Shown here in pieces: positions 33,768 to 41,590 of a stretch of 41,590 bases of DNA. Origin of the DNA: Spirogloea muscicola (Eukaryota); the NCBI GenBank assembly GCA_009602725.1, contig WELB01000023.1:933308-974897 (forward strand), read 5' to 3'. The notes below the pieces were generated by a model. It did no database searches. It worked only from the letters and a program-made list of their open reading frames with translations, and was not told the origin of the DNA. How positions within the stretch are numbered: position 1 is the first letter of the stretch; each line of letters opens with the position of its first letter. The translations under genes were made by a program, and so were the position numbers.

Positions 33768-36700
33768 GGGCCAGTGATGGCGTGCCAGGCCATCGCCAAC
33801 ATCGTCAAGAGCTCGCTGGGGCCGCTGGGCCTGGACAAGGTCCGCCAACGCCGCTGCATGGCGGCGGCCCTCGCCGACCCTCTAGCGGGCTGGACGCGTA
33901 AAGAAGCGCTAACGGCGGCCGCGTCGGGGCGCAGATGCTGGTGGACGACATTGGCGACGTGACGATCACCAACGACGGCGCCACCATCCTGAAGCAGCTC
34001 GAGGTCGAGCACCCGGCCGCCAAGGTCTGGCCCCGCTCCTCCCAGCACGGCCCTCACGCAGCGCCGACGAGCTCATGCTGGTCCCGCTGCGCAGCGGCGA
34101 GCTGCGCTGCCGAGATGCATGTCGCACCTGATTGGCGGCGAGCTCTTCCCCGCGTCACTGAGGGCAGGCGTCTGCGGCTCAGCTCATTGCGCCACCATCG
34201 TCAGGCGCCACACGCCGCCGACCGCTGTTCAATGACTGTGCGAGGGTCCGGTCCCCTGCTCACGGTGCTGGCAGGTGCTCGTGGAGCTGGCGGAGCTGCA
34301 GGACCGCGAGGTTGGGGATGGCACAACCTCGGTCGTCATTGTCGCGGCAGAGCTTCTCAAGGTGGGAGGGCCGCCAAGCTCCGTTTGCGTGCAGGCTGCG
34401 TCCCCAGAAGTACGTGCGGAGGAGTGGAGGACCCCCTCCAGCGAGGCTGGTCTGACCGCCCACCTCCTGGGCTCTGCATGAGTGTGATGGCTGCATGTAC
34501 GGCTTGTGCTGCGTGGTGGGTGCGGCCAGAGGGCCAACGACCTCGTGCGGAACAAGATCCATCCGACGTCCATCATCAGCGGTTATCGGGTGAGCCTCTT
34601 TGGATGGCTATGATGCCGCCTGCACTGTTCAGGCCTTCCTTTTGCAGGCTAGGCGCTGAACGTGAGGTCCAGGCGAACACATGCTCGGCCTCTTCTGCTG
34701 CTCATTTGGGCATGCTCACATGCGCGCCTTGGAGCAGCTAGCCATGCGTGAGTCTTGCAAGTACATCGAGGAGAAGCTGTCGATCAAGGTGACAGGCCCC
34801 ACCCACCGTTCCCATCTTGATAGCCTGCACCTCAAATCGTGCACACCTCATCATGCTCTATTGCACCAAGCCGCAAGTCACACAAGAGGGAGGGCTGGCC
34901 TTGACACTTCCCCTTTGTGCCACCTGTGACCAGGTGGAGAAGTTGGGCAAGGAGGTGCTTCTGAATTCCGCCAAGACGAGCATGTCCTCCAAGATCATCG
35001 GCGACAACGCCGACCACTTTGCCAAGATCGTGAGCCACTGTGACCCAAGGTGCTGGAAGATTCGCCGGCTGGCCTGCTGCCCACCTCCCTTGACGGCTTG
35101 GCCTGTCTGCTGTGCGATTTGCTTGCAGGTGGTCGACGCGGTGCAAGCGGTGAAGATGACAAACGAGAAAGGAGAGGTCCGGTATCCCATCAAGGTGTGT
35201 TGACTCTGGAGGGGTCAGGATGGCCTCAGAATTGCTGTGCCCAGTCTGGGCTCGGGGCCTAGCTCCTCTGGGTTTCCACGGCCGCTGATGTTAGAGCATG
35301 GAGTAAGCGAGTTTGTTGAAAGGCAAAGCCCGTGGAGCACCGCCTCTTGTTGTTGCCACGGGGGCTGGACAAACTTTGGCACTCTATGGCAAGGAGCAAA
35401 GCCCGCCCAAGTTGCTGACGCCTTGCTGTGAGGCTGCCTGGCTGCAGTCGGTCAACATCCTCAAGGCGCACGGCAAGTCTGCCAAGGAGAGCGTGCTGCT
35501 GAACGGCTATGCGCTGAACATGGCCCGGGCCTCTCAAGGAATGCCCACGCACGTCAGCCCTGCGAGGATCGCCTGCCTCGACTTCAACCTGCAGAAGACC
35601 AAGATGCAGATGGGCGTGCAGGTCCTGGTCAACGACCCCAAGGAGCTTGAGAGAATACGAGACAGGTACTGAGCTGGAAGCACGTTCTTTTCTTTTTGGC
35701 CGCTGCTTCTCTTGGATTATCATTCATCGGAACAGGGTTTCATTTGTGACTTTTCTCAGTGTTGCAAGAGCAGGTTCTGCCACTGACTGATGCGAAAGAT
35801 GGCATAAGCTCTTGGAGCACCCATAGAGACGAACTGGATGCTGTGCTTCTTCTGCTTTTGGCTGCTGACTGTTTGCTTCGGAACTTATTTTGAGGCACCA
35901 GAGAGGCAGACATCACAAAGGAGAGGATTGAGAAAATCATGAAGGCAGGAGCTAATGTCATTCTCACGACAAAGGGCATCGATGACATGGCGCTTAAGGT
36001 GCTGTAGACTGCAAATGTTGTCAAGCAACTTCTTTGGCATAGCCAAGCTAGACGTGGTGCTTGACTCCTTGCGGCAGCTCAATTTCTCCAGTACTTTGTG
36101 GAGGCCGGAGCACTTGCAGCTAGAAGAGTGGGCAAAGAGGACTTGCGGCGCATTGCTAAGGCGTCAGGGGCGACGCCGGTGAGTCGTCCGAAGCCCACTC
36201 AGAGGGCATGACCCGCTGACACAACCATGGGGCATTTGCGGACGAGCTATGCATGCCCTTGATGCTTGGTAAACTGCTTTCAAAGTGGCAATATCTTCCC
36301 TTTGCCTTCCTCAAGCGAGCAGCTATGAATGTGGCAATAGCATTTGCCATGTGCAGTGCAGAAAGCATCTGAAGAAGTGTGTCAAGGTGAATTTGGTCAG
36401 GTGCTCACTTTGGCAGACATGGAGGGAGGGGAATCGTTCGATCCATCCTTCCTTGGCATGGCCGAGGAGGTTGTTGAGGAGCGCGTGGCAGACGATGACG
36501 TACTCATGATCAAAGGCCTCAAGAGCTCCAGAGCGGTCAGCTCTTCATCCTCGCTGAGAGACTTTCATCCAGATGAAGGCCGTGCAGCGAGCTTTAGCAT
36601 CCTATGCATTTCGTTGTCCTGATGCCTTCACTTGGCTCTTAGGTGTCCATCCTGCTGCGAGGCGCCAACGACCACATGGTGGACGAGATGGAGCGCTCTG

Positions 36701-37844
36701 TGCATGACTCCATCTGCATAGTCAAGCGCACACTGGAGTCAAATCTGGTGCGTCACAACGCCTGGTCTTCTGCATCTAAGCCTCCAAGCACGTCAACGAA
36801 TGAATTTGTTGCAAAACTGTAGCAGGTGCGACCCTCATCTCACATGCATTTCTGATTGAAGCACTTGTTGACTCTTAGATGTTGACCATTTGTTGACTCG
36901 GATGTTGACCATGGCATGAGTTGGGCCACTGGGAGCAGGTTGTGGCAGGCGGCGGTGCCGTGGAGGCTGCCCTTTCCGTGTACCTCGAGAACCTGGCAAC
37001 CACACTGGGGTCGAGGGAACAGCTCGCAATCGCCGAATTTGCAGAGGCCCTCCTTGTCATCCCTAAGGTGACCGTCTCCTTTGACTAGGCTGCATGGAAC
37101 ACCATCAGTCTGGTATGCGCGGATGTACAAAGTTGCTAATGTGTGATAGTTCTGAGCAATGCTTGTTTGGCACTGGCCGTGCTTATGCAACTGGAGCAGA
37201 TCCTTGCCGTGAATGCTGCTAAGGACGCCACGGAGCTGGTGGCGAAGCTGCGGGCATACCACCACATGGCTCAGACCAAGGCGGACCGGCAGCACCTGTC
37301 AGGGTGAGCTACAGGTCACACGAGGCTCCTTGTGCAGCTCCATCATAGCTGCCTTGTCAATCACATTGCACATAATGCTTGGACAGGACAGGGATGCGAC
37401 TCAACTGTAAAGTAGCTAGTGTCCATGCAGCTTACAGTTCACTAATAGCTTACTCTTTTGCTGCACCCTGGGCCCAGGTCTGGCCTTGACCTCATCAATG
37501 GCGTCATTCGAGACAATCTCAGTGCTGGCGTGATTGAGCCTGCCATGAGCAAAGTGAAGATTATCCAGGTTGGGGCCAAGGCCACTCTCTGTTGCAGGCT
37601 CTAGGAAACTTTGGCTTTGCAGGGTTGCTTTGACCATTGAAATTGTTGCTCCAACAAGTTTAATCTGGGGTGCCTCTGAAGAGTATTCCTGACTCCTGTT
37701 TCAACACCATGTGGACACTGCAATTGACACCCTATTCAAGCTCACAATGTCCAGTTTGCGACAGAGGCGGCCATCACAGTCCTGCGGATTGACGACATTG
37801 TCAGGCTACACAAAGAGGAGACTGGGCCTGAGGAAGATTACTGA
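33581..37844 (+). CDS. CCT1: T-complex protein 1 subunit alpha (CCT-alpha), multi-exon
   Basis: [95 protein letters not shown]..|..[21 protein letters not shown]..|[35 protein letters not shown]..|[18 protein letters not shown]. Confidence 0.97.
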
Positions 37845-38506
37845 TACCAACAAACACCATCTTGCGGCCCCGTCAGTAGCAAGTGGCATAGTATTTGCCG
37901 AAATATTGTTCTACTTGACAGCCTGCCATGTAACCCACTTGTGCATACCCCTTCCCAGTAGGAACAACAAAGCACAAGGCACTCAGTAGCTGCTCTTCAT
38001 TAGCTGCCCACGGACATGTGAGCAGTTTGTCTAGACAAGATTTGCTGCAGCAGCAGACTTTGGTGGCGCTGTCTGGCGAAAGCAATACACGAGGCAAGTT
38101 GTCACAGAGGGTCGCGCTGCTGGGGGAACAGTATAAGCACGATTCTCTCGCTGCATACCCAGTGTGTAAAATGAAGTGGAGAGTCCAACAATTGCAGTTG
38201 GTGGTGTTCTGTCGCTAGGGTGCAAGAGAAGCTCTGTACAGAAGAGTCGTGAAGGCAACGGAATACAGGGCGGGCGGCGGCCTGCAGGCCCCTGTGCTCG
38301 GGGTCTGCAATCACCGCGGCACAGGGAAAAAAGTGATGGAGAATACAGCTGTGCCACGGCGCGGACGCCTCGGAGCTGCGAGGGTGGGAATCGCTGGACA
38401 TGTGATGCTGCAGCAACATGACCAATTGGTGAATGGAATTTGGTAACAACAAAGCAACTTTTGTCAGGCCCCGCCAGTGCCCGGTCAATGTGGCACCATG
38501 GGATGG

Positions 38507-41327
38507 TCAATCCCCAGCTGGGCTCTCATCTGAGGCGCCGGCCAGCCCCGCCTCGTTGCCATTGTTTGCTGCCTCCACTGCACCGGCCTTTTCTGCCGCC
38601 GCATCGTCTGTCGGTTGGTGTGAGGAGCCGCCATGTAGCTGCACTGCATCCTGAGGCTGCTTCCTGAGGCTGCTCAAGCGCTCCTGTACTTGTTCACAGC
38701 AGCAGACCACCGTTTTACATTAGAAAGCCACCGACATACATTGAAAGCCAGCTCTTCAATGAACTACAATGTAAGCTCGTCAGGGAAGCGCGGCACACTC
38801 AGCTAGTTAGAGGGGAAACCGCAACTTGTATGGACGTGTTGTCCTGCGTGAGCTTGCGGCACTCGTCGTTGAGGCGCACAAGCTCGGCCCGCAACTGCAC
38901 ATTCTCGGCATTGAGCGTGTCTACCCGCTGCGCCAGCTCTTCGCACTCTGCCTGCTTGCGCAGCCGTGAGCGCCGCGCACTCTCCCGGTTGGACTGCTTC
39001 CGCCGCTGCCGTTTCACCTCGCGCTCGTCCTAAGCCGCCGTAGGCGACAGACAGCATAGCAACAGAGCTCACTGCCATCAGTGGCAGGACATAGTGCATT
39101 GCCGAAACTCTGCAATTGACACTTGGGCACTGCTAAGTGCAAGCGCACTACGGCAAGGGCCACTGGCCGTATAATCGCTGCAGAGGTCGGCAGCGAGCAC
39201 ACCTGAAGCCAGAGCTCAGGTGGCATGTTCTGCCCCATGCCACCACCGCCTGGCCCCCGCTTCTTGCCACCCCCGCCACTGCCACCGCCGCCACCACCGC
39301 CACTGATGACGCCGCTGCCGCCACCACTGCCTGCATGCCAGTACTCCATCCCCATGCCGAGCCCGCCACCTTTACCGCCTGCGTGCGCATCCCTGACCGC
39401 ACATGAGACAGCAACGGACGATATCTCGCCCACATGAAGCTTCTACTGCGAGCAGAAGCCTCTCCTGCGAGCCGCAGCCACCTCCAGCTGCCAACAACAA
39501 GTGAAGCCAACTGACCTTCGGCGAGCAGCTGACTGTATGCTGCCTTGTCGCCCATCTGCAATAGCAATGACGAGGATGTTAGCCTGAGCCTGGGCTTGGG
39601 ATCGGGCTGTACTAAATCACGACACATGGAGAAGCTGTCACTCGTGCGCGATACTACAGCAGAGGGGCGCGATCGTGCTCACATTTGGGCCGCTGCTGTC
39701 ATCACCGTCATCGTCGTCGGAGTCCTCCGAGTCCTCATCTGCACTCTGGCTGCCATTGCCAAAAGGAGGGGGCCCGCCTGAGCATGGCCGCCAAGCCGCT
39801 CGTAGCATGTGCGCTACCAGTAGAGCGTACATGCTAGTTGGCACTGGAGCCGGCTCACCCAACAGCCAGCGCGCCGTTGTTAGCCAGCGTGACGCCCGAC
39901 TTGGCCTGCGATGGCGAAACCGTGGCTGCCACCCCCGCAGCCTTGCCGCCGCCGCCGCCGCTGCCGCCGCCGCCGCCGGGCTTGACCCCGGCCTTGTCTT
40001 TCACTGCGGCCTTGTTCTCCTCGGGCTCCGACACGCTCTGGGGCTGCAGCAGGACGCGCAGTGAGCGTGAGCGCCTGCGTCTACCTCGGAGTCCGCACCT
40101 CACCGCAAGCACCGAGCACGGCCATGGGGGGCGGTGCGGCTGCGGCGGCAGCGCGGGAGGCACCTTCATCGCCGCCGCGGCTGCGGGGTCGGCGCCGGAG
40201 GGCCCGGGGCCTGGCATCCCAAACTTCACAGCAGGCAACACAGCGCCAGCATCAGGTGAAAGCCGCTGGCAGCCATTGTTGCCTAGCAGTTGTCGCTTCA
40301 CAGCAGGGGCCTGAGCTTGGTGGGATTAAGCATCGCCAGCGACTCGACTATACCGGTGGCATCTGCGGCGGGCCGTACATCCCGCCTGGCGGGTACATGC
40401 CGCCATAGGGAGGCGGCGGCGTTCCATAAGGCGGCATCATGTGCTGCGCATCAGAGCTGGCGAGTGAGGGCTGGCGCATGGGCAGCGGCCAGCGACAACG
40501 AGAGGCGGCGGCTGCTGCTGGCAGTGCCGCACACTGACAAAGAGGCGGTGCTGGCGGCGGCGGGGCGGCAAGCGGGGTCGGTGTAACCTGGCCGCTCCAG
40601 GCCATGTACGGGTGGCCCTGCGGAGTGCCGCCCGGCGGCGGCGGCGGATAGTAGGCCGGCGGCGGCTGTCCACCTTGCCCATAGTACGCCTGCGTGCGCG
40701 GGCGCCGAGGGCCAGCTGTCAGTGCAATGTGTCGTCTGCGATCGAGCAGGCAGCGGCGGCCTGGTCGACAAGCGGCTGCTGGCATAGGCCGGCCCGCAGA
40801 GGCGGCTGGCCAGCATCACCTTGGCAAGCTGAAGCGGCAGCCAATGCGCGCCGTACCTGGAACGCGGCGCTCCACTCGAGAGGATAGCCGCTCTGGCTCG
40901 GCACCGGCTGGTCCTGCTGCGCATGCGGCAAGGCCGCCAGCCCCTTGGCAGTCAGATCTGCCAGCGCGCGGGCGATCGCCTGCCAGGCTAGACCGCAGGC
41001 AGGAGCTGCGGCAGCAGCCCCGCGTGCGGTGCTGGCAGATGCTGCGACACCGACGTACGCAGTGGACGCGAGAGACGCCACTCTGACTCGTCGCGGTTGT
41101 CTAAGGCGCGGCGCTTCACTGGAGCATCGACTGGCCTGCGAGGCAACCTTGCCATGCCTTTCCTATGGAGCAAGACCGTGCGGCGGGCTAGTGCCAGGCG
41201 GCACAGACCAGCGCCATGGCAAGCGTACATCGCGGCGCGTTCCCCGCTGCCTGCTCGGTGGCGCTGCGACGGCGCGACAAGCTCGCACCTTGGTCTTGAG
41301 CGGCGTGGCGCCCTCGGTGGTGCCCAT
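38507..41327 (-). CDS. GBF: G-box binding factor (group G bZIP with N-terminal Pro-rich MFMR region)
   Basis: [13 protein letters not shown]|..[49 protein letters not shown]..; [63 protein letters not shown]; the last exon ends ESPAGD* at 38507. Confidence 0.9.
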
Positions 41328-41590
41328 GGTTTCGGCCGAAGGACCGCAGTGCGGCGGCGGCGGTGGCGGCGATGGCGGTGGGGCCAAGCCCCCGGTCGCC
41401 TGCAGGGCGGCGTGACCCGCGGGCCGCGGCCTTCGACGGCGGCGGCGCCGGATCTGGCTGCCGTCTAAGGGCAGCGGCAGTCGGGGCGGCGGTGGCGTCC
41501 TGGCGGCGGGGAGAGAGCCCACGGCGGGCCCCGCGTCCTGCGCTGGCGCGGCTTCATGGCCAGCGCCGCCGCTCGCGCGGCGCCGGCGGG

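Overview
Intron-rich, GC-rich eukaryotic nuclear DNA. Plant-type gene families and a TTTAGGG repeat point to a streptophyte, probably a green alga (inference). Seven genes are recognisable: a TcdA/TCD tRNA t6A dehydratase (+), a STR7/TrhO-type rhodanese (-), INTS3 (-), non-catalytic isoamylase ISA2 (+), MKK3 (kinase plus NTF2 domain, -), CCT1/TCP-1 alpha (+) and a G-box-binding bZIP (-). There is also one probable unknown membrane-protein gene (-) and three N-gaps. The main unexplained signal is about 20 very short, 5'-truncated 3' ends of at least two non-LTR retroelement families. Family A encodes a CRE-clade-like C-terminus (RLxVSLQRS.A.A.H.RAGRA.AAASG...SDL..LxRGY*) and ends in a ..ATGGGCGAGCCCTTTCTTC tail. 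These fragments are stacked in all four internal spacers that contain a gene 5' end, and I saw none in introns or in the three convergent (3'-3') spacers. One stack ends in an interstitial telomere tract, one forms a 103-bp inverted repeat, and one switches polarity at its centre. Exon boundaries were read by eye and are approximate.
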